Assembly: GCF_004010195.1 (NCBI RefSeq)
Contig: NC_057718.1
Span: 45,486,717 to 45,550,716 of the forward strand
Source: Chiloscyllium plagiosum
Lineage: Eukaryota
DNA length: 64,000 nucleotides
Direction: 5' to 3'
This document shows positions 13,491 through 26,899 of the stretch, piece by piece (the stretch's first letter is position 1; each line of letters begins with the position of its first letter). A model generated the notes under the pieces. The model saw nothing but the letters and a program-made list of their open reading frames with translations, did no database searches and was not told the DNA's origin. The translations under genes and the position numbers were made by a program.

Positions 13491-14220
13491 NNNNNNNNNN
13501 NNNNNNNNNNNNNNNNNNNNNNNNNNNNNNNNNNNNNNNNNNNNNNNNNNNNNNNNNNNNNNNNNNNNNNNNNNNNNNNNNNNNNNNNNNNNNNNNNNNN
13601 NNNNNNNNNNNNNNNNNNNNNNNNNNNNNNNNNNNNNNNNNNNNNNNNNNNNNNNNNNNNNNNNNNNNNNNNNNNNNNNNNNNNNNNNNNNNNNNNNNNN
13701 NNNNNNNNNNNNNNNNNNNNNNNNNNNNNNNNNNNNNNNNNNNNNNNNNNNNNNNNNNNNNNNNNNNNNNNNNNNNNNNNNNNNNNNNNNNNNNNNNNNN
13801 NNNNNNNNNNNNNNNNNNNNNNNNNNNNNNNNNNNNNNNNNNNNNNNNNNNNNNNNNNNNNNNNNNNNNNNNNNNNNNNNNNNNNNNNNNNNNNNNNNNN
13901 NNNNNNNNNNNNNNNNNNNNNNNNNNNNNNNNNNNNNNNNNNNNNNNNNNNNNNNNNNNNNNNNNNNNNNNNNNNNNNNNNNNNNNNNNNNNNNNNNNNN
14001 NNNNNNNNNNNNNNNNNNNNNNNNNNNNNNNNNNNNNNNNNNNNNNNNNNNNNNNNNNNNNNNNNNNNNNNNNNNNNNNNNNNNNNNNNNNNNNNNNNNN
14101 NNNNNNNNNNNNNNNNNNNNNNNNNNNNNNNNNNNNNNNNNNNNNNNNNNNNNNNNNNNNNNNNNNNNNNNNNNNNNNNNNNNNNNNNNNNNNNNNNNNN
14201 NNNNNNNNNNNNNNNNNNNN
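13491..14220. other. Assembly gap (730 N)
   Basis: Run of N. Confidence 1.
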
Positions 14221-15080
14221 CCAGGTAGCTGTGGGAGTTGGTGGGTTTGTAAAAAATGTCAGTGTGAAGTCGGTCGTCTCTAATGGAGATGGAGAGGTCC
14301 AGGAAGGGGAGGGAGGTGTCAGAGATGGTCCAGGTAAATTTAAGGTCAGGGTGGAATGTGTTGGTGAATTTGATGAATTGCTCAACCTCCTCACGGGAGC
14401 ACGAGGTGGCGCCAATGCAGTCATCAATGTAGCGGAGGAAGAGGTGGGGAGTGGTGCCGGTGTAATTACGGAAGATCAACTTTTCTACATAGCCACCAAA
14501 GAGATAGGCATAGCTGGGGCCCATACGTGTGCCCATGGCTACCCCTTTGGTCTGGAGGAAGTTAAGGGTGAGGACCAGTTCGGCCAAACGAATGAGAGTG
14601 TCGTTGGAAGGGTACTGTTGGGGACATCTGGAGAGGAAAAAACAGAGGGCTTGGAGGCCCTGGTCATGGCGGATGGAGGTGTAGAGGGATTGGATATCCG
14701 TGGTGAAGATGAGGCGTTGGGGGCCGGGGAAGCGGAAGTCTTGGAGGAGGTGGAGGGCGTGGGTGGTGTCTCGAACGTACGTGGGGAGTTCCTGGACTAG
14801 GGGGGATAGGACGGTGTCGAGGTAGGTAGAGATGAGTTCAGTGGGGCAGGAGCCTCCCCTTTCCCCACCTTACCCTAGTTTCCAGCTCAGCACTGTCCCC
14901 ATGACTTGTCCAGACTCGTCCTACCTGCCTATCTCCTTCTCCACCTATCCACTCCATCCTCTCTTCCCTGACCTATCACTTTCATCCCCTTCCCCACTCA
15001 CCTATTGTACTCTATGCTACTTTCTCCCCACCCCCACCCTCCTCTAGCTTATCTCTCCACGCTTCAGGCTCTCTGCCTTT

Positions 15081-15116
15081 ATTCCTGATGAAGGGCTTTT
15101 GCCCGAAATGTCGATT
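15081..15116 (+). ncRNA. Minimal type I hammerhead ribozyme-like motif in the PLE terminus (decayed)
   Basis: attc CTGATGA A GGGC TTTT GCCC GAAA T GTC gatt; the mirror copy on - at 13447-13482 reads CTGATGAAGGGCTTTTGCCTGAAACATC. Confidence 0.65.
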
Positions 15117-15807
15117 TCGCTGCTCCTTGGATGCTGCCTGAACTGCTGTGCTCTTCCAGCACCACTAATCCAGGATGCTTATATAAGCAGGTGGCAAGAC
15201 TGTTCATCAGAATTTTATTTTCAAAAGAGGCTGTGAAACCATCAAGGATGTGACTGAGAATATTTCTCTGGGGTATTCTTTTCTTTAACTTAATGTAAGA
15301 AGACAGTACTGAGTATTTCTTCCTTGTCCCTTCTGTCATTCCCTCCCACTCCTTAAAAGCAAAGTATTTAATACACCAGAAGTCCCTAATGTTGAGGAAA
15401 TGCTTTAAAATTTCAAGGCAACTGCTGTGTCTTCAGGGTCTGGGCTGTGTCATATCTTGCTCCACACACTCTGCACCCCATCTAGAGTGCATTGTTGTGT
15501 TCTTCAATTGAATATGTTGTTTCTGAAAGTCAGTACTAGTAATCCAATACCACAATCCACCCTTGAAATAAATGAGAAAAGCAACAAAATTTTAGTCAAA
15601 CTATTATTCAACTTTGGAATAATTATGAAAAATGTATTTGTTGAATCTGAAACAATAACTGCCTTTTTCTAAGCTCATATTCTTGGGAATAATATGTATA
15701 TTTGTTTGTACTTTTTTAAAAAAATCCATTTTCCCATATTAGATTGTTTTAAAAATCCAGTGTATCAGTTTGTGTATTAACATATCATCATTGCTGTTCT
15801 GTTTCAG

Positions 15808-15936
15808 AAGCTGGAAGTGCCAGCAATGCTGGGATTTCTCCGACAACAGAGAATGTTAATGGTTCAGACAATAGCTCAGTACAAGTTTGTCTACCAGGTG
15901 CTCATTCAGTTCCTGAAGAACTCTCGGTTGATTTAG
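15808..15936 (+). CDS. PTPN14: PTPN14 terminal coding exon ([42 protein letters not shown])
   Basis: Read manually: gtttcag|aag...att tag (stop 15934-15936); Q-loop QTIAQYKF and the conserved C-terminus NSRLI. Confidence 0.96.
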   Translation, partial: KLEVPAMLGFLRQQRMLMVQTIAQYKFVYQVLIQFLKNSRLI

Positions 15937-17909
15937 GTGTGAATTCACAAACGCTGTATTTAAACAACCTTAACAATTAGCAGTGGAAATGGAGCTAGCT
16001 TTCTTTCCCACAAAAAGTGCAACTCAGTCCATCAAGTTTTTGTCAAGTGATACCTTGAATTTTGGAACTGTGCCCTTTATGTTGTGAGTTTTGTTGATTT
16101 TAAAGCTGCTGTTGAATCCTTCCATACAATTCTAAAATACTGACCATAATAGCAAAGAACAGGACATTCTGTGTGCACACTTAACATGAGTGAATGGTGG
16201 CATTCTTTTGCAATTGCTGTGCTTCTGATTGCACAGTGATGGTCCAGAATGATGTTTTCCAATTAAACAAATGGAGCACTGTCCACCTTGTAGACTTGTA
16301 AAGAAGACGTACGTTCAAGAGCTAAACGTATGTTGGAAATGCTGCTGTATTAACTTGAGCAATATTCCTTTAACATTGCCTTACTCTCATCATTAAAAGA
16401 CCTAAAAATATCAGAGGGACTGATCCATTTCATAGCAACTTGAGGATGACCCAATGATTTTATAAACCTTTAATAAAGATTATAAATTTTGTAAAATTGA
16501 CAAAAACTGGTTTGCATAGTTATATTTGCAATTTTGAGCTAATTATTACCATCTATTTTTAACAGCAATAACACAGTGATAATTTGTTAGATTACTTTGA
16601 TTGTTTAATATGAAAACAATGGCAACACAAACTTTAACCTTTTTGAACATCTATTCTCCTTGACACTTTATGCTTCTTGGCATGATTGCAAACATTTTGG
16701 ATGCAGTTACAGACCACACCCTCAAGGTGGCAAAGTTTCCAGGAATATAGGACAGATTTATAACCACAGCAACATCAGAGCTCGTGTATTAATAGAAGCT
16801 GTATGGATATCCCCGGTATTTTGGTGGTTTCACTGGTGATTAGTGACAGGATTGAAAGAGATACTATTCCCATAAATAGCAGGAGATTCTGCGGAGAGAT
16901 TGAGACATCTGACTGTGGCACCGTCAGCACTGTGTTGACATTTCACTTTGATTAGTGTTATTTCGCTATTTTTAAGGTAATCTTCCACATTGCAACCTGT
17001 TAGGAATTCTCAGAGTTAATATTCAGCAGCTGCTGGTAATTGGAGGAATGAGATATATGTCTGGGAAAAGAAAATGTTTCTATATTGGGAGTTAATCAGA
17101 TGTGTGGCTGAATTATTATCTGGCTGTATAATTGTCTGGTCAGTTATTGAGCAAAGAACAGTACATATTTCTGTCAGAGACAAGAGATGAAACTTTGTTA
17201 CTTGTTCAAAGGAGTAGTAGAATATTGCTTGTATCTTTAAAGACTTAATAAGTAAATGTACCCTGGGTTACGGAGTGGGGCATTGATGGGTATAACAGTT
17301 TAAGATTGGAAATATTTAAATAGCATGACATGGTTTATCCCTGTGGAATTCCAGTGAGTTATCAATTTTAGTTTTGCCCATTTTCAGGAATGTTGAATTA
17401 CTTGCTTGAAGGATAAAAGGAAAATTAGTCATTCGGAGGTATATTCACACAAACACAAGCAACACTACAAGAGGCCTGCAGCATGTTGCTATTATCCAGT
17501 TATGATCTGGGTGATGTTTTAAAACAGGAAAATTACTTGAAGTTCTTCTAAAACTTTTATAAAGATGTTTGACCCTTAAACTAGCAACTACCTGGTCCCC
17601 TAATTGTAAATGCAGTATTTTTATTCTATGACTAACACACCAGGCTGTTCTTTTTATTATTAAATTGAGTTGTCTGCTAAAGCTGGCTTCAAGCACTAGT
17701 ATTTATGCTGAGTTGCATGTTACACAGACTTTACTCAAGGAATGAAACTACTGGCAACTCCTACAAACTACAGAAAATGCTGAAAATTCTCATCTGGTAA
17801 GGTATCAGCCCTCGGCTCAAACATTAGTCACTCTTTCTCTCTAATGTAAGGTTTAAAGTGCATTGTTTTCTGATGATTATGCAGTATTCAATTTGCGATT
17901 CCTCTGATA

Positions 17910-18680
17910 CTGCTGTAGTCGTTACATTTGTGCAACAAGACCTAGAGAACACTAAGATATAGATTGATAGGTGTTAAAAAAAACTCATGGCACACAAGTA
18001 CCAGGCAATGACCATCTTGCCTCAATGTTCAATAGCAGCACTGAATCCTTCATCATCAAAAGCCTTTGACTAGAAACTGAACCGGTTCAGCCAAAAAAAT
18101 GCTGTAGCTACAAGACTAGCTCAGAGGCAGGGATTTATGCAGTGTATAACTTATGTTCTGGCTCCCCAAAGTTTGACAAGTATCTGCAATGCGCAAGTCT
18201 GTAGTCTGAAGGAGTACTCTCCACTTGCCTGGATGAGTGCTGCTGCAACAGCACTCAAGAAGCTTAACGTAACACATGACAAAGTAGACCGCTTGATTGG
18301 CACTGTATCCGGCAACTTAAACATTCAGTGCCACAACCATTGACACACAGTGGAAGCTGTGCGCACCATCTGCAAGATGCATTGTAACAACTTGCAAAGC
18401 CTCCTTCAAAAGTATCTTCCACACCCACAATTTCCACCACTTAGAATAACAGGGACAACACATGCATTGGAACACCATCACCAGCAAGTTCTCCTCCAAG
18501 TGTCACACCATGCTGACTTGGAATTATATCACCATTCCTTTACTGTCATTGGATCACAGTCCTGTAACTCCTCCCTTCAAGACTGTAGTTCTACGTACAC
18601 CACATGGACAGCAACCATTCAAAAAGGTGACTTAGTGCTACCTTAGTCAGTTGGGAATGGGTAGTAAATGCTAGCCTGGC
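17910..18680 (+). mobile_element. Old non-LTR retrotransposon 3' fragment (L2/Crack-like), within the presumed PTPN14 3' UTR
   Basis: ORF 18137-18343 AQVCSLKEYSPLAWMSAAATALKKLNVTHDKVDRLIG resembles the post-RT 'YKAQVRSxMEYxxxxW...L+xIQxKAxRLI' segment. Confidence 0.65.
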
Positions 18681-21600
18681 CATTGCATTCTCACAAAAGT
18701 ACAGTTCTGAGTTCTGAAACATTAACTGTTACTTGTACAACAGATACTACCTGTCCTGAGTGCACCCAGCATTTTCTGTTTGTGTTTCAGTTTTTCAGGA
18801 TTTGCTTTATTTCTTCCTCTACAATCAAATTGAATTGACAGTGTAGGGTACAACAATATGTATATGAATAACATTTTCATCTGCTCTAATATAAAAGAGA
18901 AACAAAAATCTCTTCATGTGGAGTAACAGTGTTATTTTAATTTATTTTATATATTCAGTTTAAGTATCCTTTTGAATACTATATTAAGAGGATTAAACAG
19001 AAATAACACAAAATGGTCAATTTTATTTCTGAATCTTATTACTTTTTATACAAATAACTAGTGCCAAAAATGAGACATCAGAAGGATATTTTCATTGTTA
19101 TTCTTTTTACTTTGAAACTTTTTTTTTGCAGTAACTATATTTGCCTCTGCACTGCAGAGAAAAAGATGTTTACATAGCTGGAGGTTAAGTCCAATTTAAA
19201 ATTGATTGTTGAGTTAATGTTTGTAATATGGTCATTCCTATAAATATTAGGACAAATTATTTTGGTCTCTGGGAAGGTCTTTTCTTAATTGTAAGGGGAA
19301 AACTAGTTTGATTCATTATTATGTTGCATTTCAATAAGGATTTATAAATAAACGTTATCTGTTCATGAACAATTCTATAAATTATTTCTTGCACATCAGT
19401 GATAGTGTTGAGTGATTTAAAGAAATATACTGAAGCATCAAACGATCCTCATCAATAGAATCATGGAATAGATTTATTTTTTTTAATCTTGATGGCAAAA
19501 TATTGCACCAGTTTTATAAAGGTTAATAAAGGTGGCAGAGGTAGAGAATAGGGACTGACTAAAGTAAGCCAGATAGGCCATAATAGCTATTCGCGTACTA
19601 CTGGGTCACTTCTGTGACTAGGTATTCATACCTTCATGTTGATGGAATGGATCACACAACTTTGATAGTTAGACATTGGGCAGAGAATTCTTTTAGCATG
19701 ATGGTACAATAAGTTATTTAAATTTTAGTAGGCAAATGACTTTTTTTATTAGTGGTAGGGAAAGAAGATAAGCTCCCAACAACTTTACAGAGGGGATGGT
19801 GCTCCAATTACAAAATATACTTATGTGGAAATAACATTAGAAAACTAACTTTAAATAACTTTGAGATGACATAACCTATGAGCAAAAGCCGAAGAAAGCC
19901 ACCTGCATCTGTCACCACCAGATACAAAAATGATCAAGTAACAATGTCAGAAATTGTATAATTTTTAGAATTGAAAAGAAATAATGTTAATAAAAAAAAT
20001 ATAGTCATTGGCAAAAATAAATGGAGATATTTTGAAGATTTGAATGTAAAATAATACAAAAGATGAAAGCTGAGTGAACGTGCTATAATCCCTTCCTTAA
20101 TCACTAACGTTAAGTTTAATCAAAATTCAGTTTGGAGATTAAACAAGTTGTAAGTCTGGATTGTGCTATTTCAGTTTTAGTCAGGGTGCTGGGTACTAGT
20201 ATGTAAACTAAATGTGTGACATATAGGCTCTGAAATTCCTGGAGTGCCATGCTATGCTGCTTATTACCCTGTAAGGACTGCTAGGATTAATAGGAAGGCA
20301 CCTGATTCTTATGGGGCAGATGTGCATTAGCACTACAAGAGGCAAATTGCTGATGCCTACTACATGCAGTTTGAAAATTCAGGGTCTGCCTATCATGGGA
20401 TGGCATAGTCAGCAAAGCTCTGCTCCTCTTTGCAAATCGGGCCATTTGCCTTCCAATACCCTGTGTAAGAAAATAATTGAAAAATGTTCCCCTGTTCTGT
20501 ATCCATTGGGTGTTACTCATTTTCATCCAGTTGAAAACTTATGCCGTAAATCACTTAATATATTGACCTCTAAAAATATTCAGGTTGTGACAAGTTAGAA
20601 TTATGCAACATTAGGAGTCACAGCATAGACTCAGCTCCCTGGTAATTTGCCCTGTAAGATTCCACTCTTTAGCAAGGCATTTGGAAATTACCGATGAAAA
20701 CGGAGTCTCGCTAAAATTATGATAAGTGATAGACAGAAGCCCCAAGGAAGTTCAGGGTTGTAGCTCAACCGAATATTTTAGATTAGCCTAAACTGTGTGT
20801 TGGTTATCAGTAATCAACAGTTGAAAATATATTTCTCAGACCACCTCCTAGCAGCTAAATTTCACAGACAGTGCTTTATAGTTGAAGGGAGAAAGAAAGG
20901 AAGAATGGAATAACTTTGAATGGTTTAGATGCACACAATATTCAGTGGATTGATGAGAAGTAAATTCACAATTATCAGATTTAATAAAAACCCTTCTCGG
21001 AAAACTATTTTTTAATTGACTAATCTAAGATGGCTGGCTGACTGTGACTTTGCAAGCTCCTTCCACTGACTAATACTGTTAAATTATATAAATACACAAA
21101 TTAAGATCAGTTAACAGGATGGATTAAAAAGTCCAGTCTGAGTTTTTAATATGCTAATATCCATATTGTGTTTCAGTATTTTTTTGGCTTTTCAATATTG
21201 CTAAGGTATGAATTGTTGGAACACGTACTGTTAAACAATATTCTATATTGATTGCCAAATGATTGCCATACCTGAAATTGCAACACATTTGTTGCGATAC
21301 CTATCGCATATTGTATTTGATGTTTGGAAATGCTGAATGGTTGGTTGGTTGACCAATTTTTAACATTGTTCTGATTCTCGACTTAATATGTTACGAGCAG
21401 TAATCAAGCGCCAAAACCTGTTTGTTTGTTGCTTTTTGTTAAAATACTTTTGAATGTACACATTTTTTAATGCCTCTGTGATGTGTCTTAGGACTCTTTA
21501 ACATGTTAAAGGCGCTTTTTTTATATTTATATATGAATAAATGCATTTATCACTGTAGGTTTGAGGTGCAACCAGAATCCTTTTCAATTTTTGGCTTAAA

Positions 21601-23168
21601 CTTTGACCAGCTAATTATATTCAAAGTTACTTAGGCCCAATTGGAAATCAGGTGCTGCACAGTTAGCTGTGTATTATTGCCAAAATATTAGGATACTTAC
21701 CACAAGAAGCTCTGGAAATCTTATTTAAAACAGCAAGTTTAAAAGTGGTCATGCAAGACCAATATAAAATCATTAATTTATCTTATAAAAATAAAATCAT
21801 GACAACAACTTTGCTATAAAACAAGTACAAAATTTGTTGTACACTACATGGAGTAGGAGTGAAATTTGTCTTCATATAACTATATCTCACCTTGTTTGTG
21901 TCAGCTTTAAATGTACCAACTAACTCTTTCTTATATAAAACTGGAAAGAGCTTCATGCTGGAATTCACCAGAAGGTTGAACTGACCACACTTACTTCATT
22001 TAACTACTGACAGAATGGACGCGATTTAATAAATTTACTAAGTCCATTTTGTATTACAAGTATTCTGAATTGATAGGTGTTGAATTAGGGAATAAACATG
22101 TTGTTTATAGGGAACATTCCTGTCATATTCTTTGATACATATGGACATTTACCTAAGCTGTGAATGCAAGTCAGTAAGACTTACATTCATTGTGTTAAGC
22201 ATGCTGGTCCCTATCTTTACCAAGTAGCATGTTGCCATCAATTGCCAAATTCAATTGATACACACCCGATTTCACTCATTAGTAATGAAACTAGCACGAA
22301 GTTCAGAACTAGAGATGCACATTTACTTGGATTAAAAAAAAACTAATGCAGTATGAGTGATAACTATTGTAGTAACTGGTTCCCTAGATCTGTTGAAAGG
22401 ATATTTTTGAACATTTTAAGGTTCAAAGGTACATAATGAACAACGATCTTAATTTTGCCTTAGTGATCTCTTAGGACAATGCCCATGTAGTTTCTACTAA
22501 TTTCCCGTAGCTTCCCCAGATATCAACTGGACAGTTTGTTATTTTAATCTCTGGCCACATGCAGTTAATTTTTAGCAACGTGGTGATACTGGATTCAATT
22601 GAAATAGCTACTTGTTCTAAATCACTGCTCTGCATTTCATTTGGAAATAAACCTTTAATTAGCACAAAAAGCCTGCGTGTGTTATACTAACTCAGTGAAA
22701 GAGCATCTGCCGTTATAAATTATATTTGGGCCCTATTGTGTGTATATGCCTGAAAAATATGTAACTTTGTGATAGAAAGTTTAAGTCCATACCATACAAT
22801 TGCAACAAAACAATGGTTTTAACTACAATGAGTAGAATTGTCCTAATGTTCTGTTTAAACTATCTTCTGCTTGAAAACTAACAGCATGCTTATCAGAATA
22901 CATATACCTGATGTAATAAGTGTATAAGCTTTTGTTTCCAGTTTGTATAAAACTGTGATACTACATGACAGTATTTTACATTTGATCTTGCTGCCTGTTA
23001 TTTTTGTGGATACTGAGACCATTCAGCATTGCTTCACATGACTCATCAGAACAAAATTATCACTTGTTTCCTGTGTAAATAATTATTTTGTATATGCTTT
23101 TCAGTGATAAATTTTCCTTATGAATGTATCAAACATTTTGTAAAAGATTGTCTATCATTCATATACAC

Positions 23169-23174
23169 AATAAA
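23169..23174 (+). promoter_or_regulatory. Candidate distal poly(A) signal of PTPN14
   Basis: AATAAA preceded by TGTAAATA (23074-23081), TTTGTATAT and TTTTGTAAA elements typical of 3' ends; other AATAAA at 16472, 19525, 21536 could be proximal sites. Confidence 0.5.
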
Positions 23175-24014
23175 GCATTTTTTCCAAAAATTCCACTGTT
23201 CACAATAAGGATGGTAATCTCAATGTATCAGTGTTGACAGCTTCCAATACACACCTTAAAGTTTACTGATCAAACCACATCAGGCAATAGCAGAACTATA
23301 GTGCAGTAGAGCAAAATGAACAACATATGCTAATGCATTACTAACACTATCTGAAACTGCATGATCCTGTTGCAAGACGAGGGTTTTTTTGTGTTTACAA
23401 CTTGTGCAATTGGCAATTTATTCAACTTTCATGGACCAGGGCAAGTGTCTGTTTACATTCACCCAAAAACTGCAAGCAATCAAAGAATCCCACTCGAGGT
23501 AATTTACTTGAATGCAATTAAGTTGTGTGGAATTGTTTGCGAAACTTCATTGTACAAATTTGCTTGAATTATTACTGCCAATAGGAACTCTAGGCGCTGA
23601 AAGCTGTGCTGGAATAAGGTCTTCAAATACTGCTTCATTTTGTTTGATCTTAAACTTTATTTGTTCAGTATCAGTTGATTCTGTATATGATCAAACTGCA
23701 GTGTTGTTGATACTGCAATTAGTTAATTCTTCATCTCCTTGGTTAGACTACAACTACACTGTAATCATTTTAGGACAATTCATTTATTGTAATGTGGCAA
23801 ATTACAAATTTCTTCAGAGCTCACCACCATGAAGATGGTCAGCCTGTGTAAAAGTATTTTGACTTTCACTCTGACCTATTTGTCTGGATTGTTGTTTGCC
23901 TGCTACACACAAAGAAAATTCAAGCACAAAGCATAGGAATTTAGCAATGCAAAAAAGCAAGTGGTAATTCCATTGCTAAATTTGTTGGGAGCTATTCTTT
24001 CCTTCTCTCCAACC

Positions 24015-24605
24015 ACAGAACATTACAGCGCAGTATGTGGAACCAATCTGAAGCCCAACTAACCTATACTATTCCATTCTCATCCATATGCATATCCAAT
24101 GACCAGTTAAATGCCCTTAAAGTTGTTGAGCCTACTACTGTTGCAGGCAGTGTGTTCCATACCCCTACTGCTCTGAGTAAAGAAACTATCTGGCGGCATG
24201 GTGGCTCCGGCAGTGGTTAGCACTGCTACCTCACAGCGCCAGGGACCCGGGTTAGATTCCTGCCTCAGGTGACTGTGCAAACTCCATATAGACAGACATT
24301 CTCCCAGTGTCTGTGTGGGCTTCCTTCGGATGCTCTGGTTTCCTCCCACAATCCAAAGATGAGCAGGTCAGGCAAAATGGCTATGCTAAATTGCCTATAG
24401 TATCAGATGCATTTGTCAGGGGTAACTGTAGGGGAATGTTCTGGGTGGGTTACTCTTTAGGGGGTCAGTGTGGACTTGTTGGGCCAAAGGTCCTGTTTCC
24501 ATACTGGAGGGAATCTAATCTAACCTGCCTCTGACATCTGTCCTATATCTAATCATCCCTCAATTTAAAGCTATGTCCCATCGTGCTAGCTAGTCATCAC
24601 CATCC
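24015..24605 (-). mobile_element. CR1-type LINE 3' fragment split by a SINE
   Basis: Reverse complement of a CR1 3' end (gttccatacccctactgctctgagtaaagaa...ccctcaatttaaagctatgtccc). Confidence 0.7.
24192..24522 (+). mobile_element. HE1-like SINE, diverged
   Basis: ggcggcatggtggctc...ggttagcactgctacctcacagcgccagggacccggg...gaatctaatct. Confidence 0.85.
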
Positions 24606-26306
24606 TCGGTGAAACGCTGTTGGGAAACTCTGTTTCTAATCTATATATTCAAGCGACATCATACCTGGTCAGTGATCAGCACCATGTTCTTAAGTTCTTC
24701 AGCAGCCTTTGCTGCAATTGCAGGCAGACTTAGCCAAGGGTCACTGCTGGCAAAGAGATGTGGCTGAAGACTTAGCCAGTACCAGCAGTTCGTACAGATT
24801 GCTGATAAATCCAGAGAATCAATTTCTATTTATTCTTGAGCCACTTGGTTTTGTTGTGCACAGAGGAGCCTAAACTAAACTCTATACACATGGAAAAACA
24901 ATTTTTATTCAAAATGCAGGTGTCTTTCGTTTTCCTGTCAAATTCACACAGAAACCTACAAGTCGTCCTTGAACTAGCTGAAAAGCTTCATTTTCTAATT
25001 TGAATAGTCCAGCCTAACAATGCATATTTTCAAAGGTTCAGGTAGGGGAAGTTTGAATAATTGATTGATAGCATCTTGTGAAAAATAGGCCAGTTGTCCT
25101 GCGCTGATCCATGCTAATATTATGCTCCACATTCTGAACAATTATTCATTCGCAAGAACTTTCTGGAACAGTTTCGGCATCCAGACAATCCAAGCAGAAT
25201 TGGACAGAACAAAGTGCATACTGTGTAAGAAACAGGCAATTTTCTTCTGCTTAAATTAACTAACTGGTCTGCACTGGGAGCTGGAGAGAGTCTTGGTCTA
25301 CAGGCTAGTTTTTTTAAAAAAAAAATCTTGTGCCTTCAAATACAGGGAATGCACAAGAGGCCATAATTAGAGTAGGACAGATATCCATTGTGAACTGGTG
25401 TAGAGTTGTAAACAGATTACTAAGAGATAGGCCATGCAAGAATTTGGAAGCAATGATGGAAATTCAGATGTTGCTAGACCAGGAACCAAAAAGTCAGTCA
25501 GCATGGGAATAGGACTTCCTGCAAACTACCATTCTCCCAGTTTCCACTCTTACCAATGCCCCTAATTTGAGTGGAACATGATCAGCTCAAATTGTCACCA
25601 TGGTCACCCTTATCAGACCATCACCCACAAAACAGAACTTCTGCCTAGAGAGATCCATTCCTGGGTGCCACTACAATTCATTGGGCCAGATAAAGCAGTT
25701 TAGTAGATTGTTAACCTGGACATGAAACAATACCTGCTCCTCTAGTCATATGAATAAATACACTCTCCAAATTAGGAGGTATTACTATGCAGCCAGCATG
25801 TGCATGCTACACAGGGCTTTACTATGCCTCTTAAGTCTATTTTTTTCTACTATGATGAATTTACTACCCAAGCCATGAGTTTCCAAACTATGGGACATTA
25901 CTCCTTGAGAAACCAGGGTCAGAAGTAGGTTCCTTCTCCAAGGGAACAGCACTGAGGCAGAACAGCCCCCGAGATCAGCTCGGATTCAGTAACGTCAGAG
26001 TGTAATTTGTGTGTCACTACAGTTTGATGGTTATAGCCCAAAGAAATCATTTGCCTCAGTGCCAGAGCACCACCTATCCACAACACCCCCAGCTCAGGCT
26101 CTCAATTCCACCCCCCACATTAGAATTACCCCTCTACTTTTTTCCTAAACTTACTCCTTTTATACAATATGGCAACAGAACTGCATGCAGTGTAGTCTAA
26201 CCAATATTGTTTTTCCTTTTCAATTTGAATTCAGTTTTGAAGATACTTGTAAGTGAGAAGGTTCTATAAATTAATAGTATCCACATGATTCAAAGCTTTT
26301 ACAACA

Positions 26307-26312
26307 TTTATT
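26307..26312 (-). promoter_or_regulatory. Candidate poly(A) signal of SMYD2
   Basis: tttatt on + is AATAAA on -, about 185 nt after the SMYD2 stop codon. Confidence 0.6.
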
Positions 26313-26497
26313 GTAATGTGCATTTAAATATTAAAAACAAAAATAAAAATAGCATTCCTGTGATCTTCATGCTATTATTTTCAGAATTGTTCATATCCAC
26401 GCCAACTGATCTGAAGTGATCAGTTTGTTGACAGATACCAGCATACACACAGTCTCATATTGTGATTGCAAGGAATTGAAGTATCAAAGGAAACCAT

Positions 26498-26578
26498 TCA
26501 TTTTCCCTCCAGCTCTTTCTGAATTTCAAGAACATATGGATGATCCTTGCCATGCGCCACTTCCATAATGGTCAATGC
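26498..26578 (-). CDS. SMYD2: SMYD2 terminal coding exon (ALTIMEVAHGKDHPYVLEIQKELEGK*)
   Basis: Minus strand ttcacag|gca ttg...gga aaa tga; matches the human C-terminus AIAIMEVAHGKDHPY. Confidence 0.95.
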   Translation of the reverse strand, partial: ALTIMEVAHGKDHPYVLEIQKELEGK

Positions 26579-26899
26579 CTGTGAACGAAAAGGCAAGTTT
26601 AAGTCAGTTAGCATTTCTTGCAAGATCCATTCTAAAACATGGCTCTTAAAAAAAAAAAGAGGGAAACTAAAATTTTACAAGCTATTGTAATTACATGATA
26701 CGAAAATGAATAATTACAAACATTCATGTTAGAAAGATTGTTTCAAAATTCAAAAGTTTTTTTATTAAAGAAACAGGTCAGCTATTACAACACAGCTAAA
26801 AAATTAAAACAAGCATTTCTAAAAAAAAAATGTAATTTATAACATTCTAACTGCTTCTGTACTTTACTGATATGGAAGGGACAATTAAGCCTTGAATAA

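Larger units (their letters stand above)
13353..15172 (-). mobile_element. Penelope-like element with an inverted copy of its 3' terminus, interrupted by the assembly gap
   Basis: RT motifs GVAMGTRMGPSYA, LRYIDDC and LPFLDL in ORF 13475-14587; 13390-13490 is inverted at 15073-15172; 13-bp TSD ggaagcttatata (13340-13352) / ggatgcttatata (15173-15185). Confidence 0.9.
15937..23195 (+). other. PTPN14: Probable long 3' UTR of PTPN14
   Basis: AT-rich, lacks the young SINE/CR1 copies common in flanking introns; ends in a U-rich TGTA-containing block and AATAAA at 23169-23174; human PTPN14 also has a multi-kb 3' UTR; the end point is inferred. Confidence 0.55.

Noticed and set aside
13327..14800. 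Long ORFs of 366-475 aa in the ORF track
   Set aside because: Their length comes from reading through 730 Ns; the real part is Penelope RT or its antisense and alternative frames
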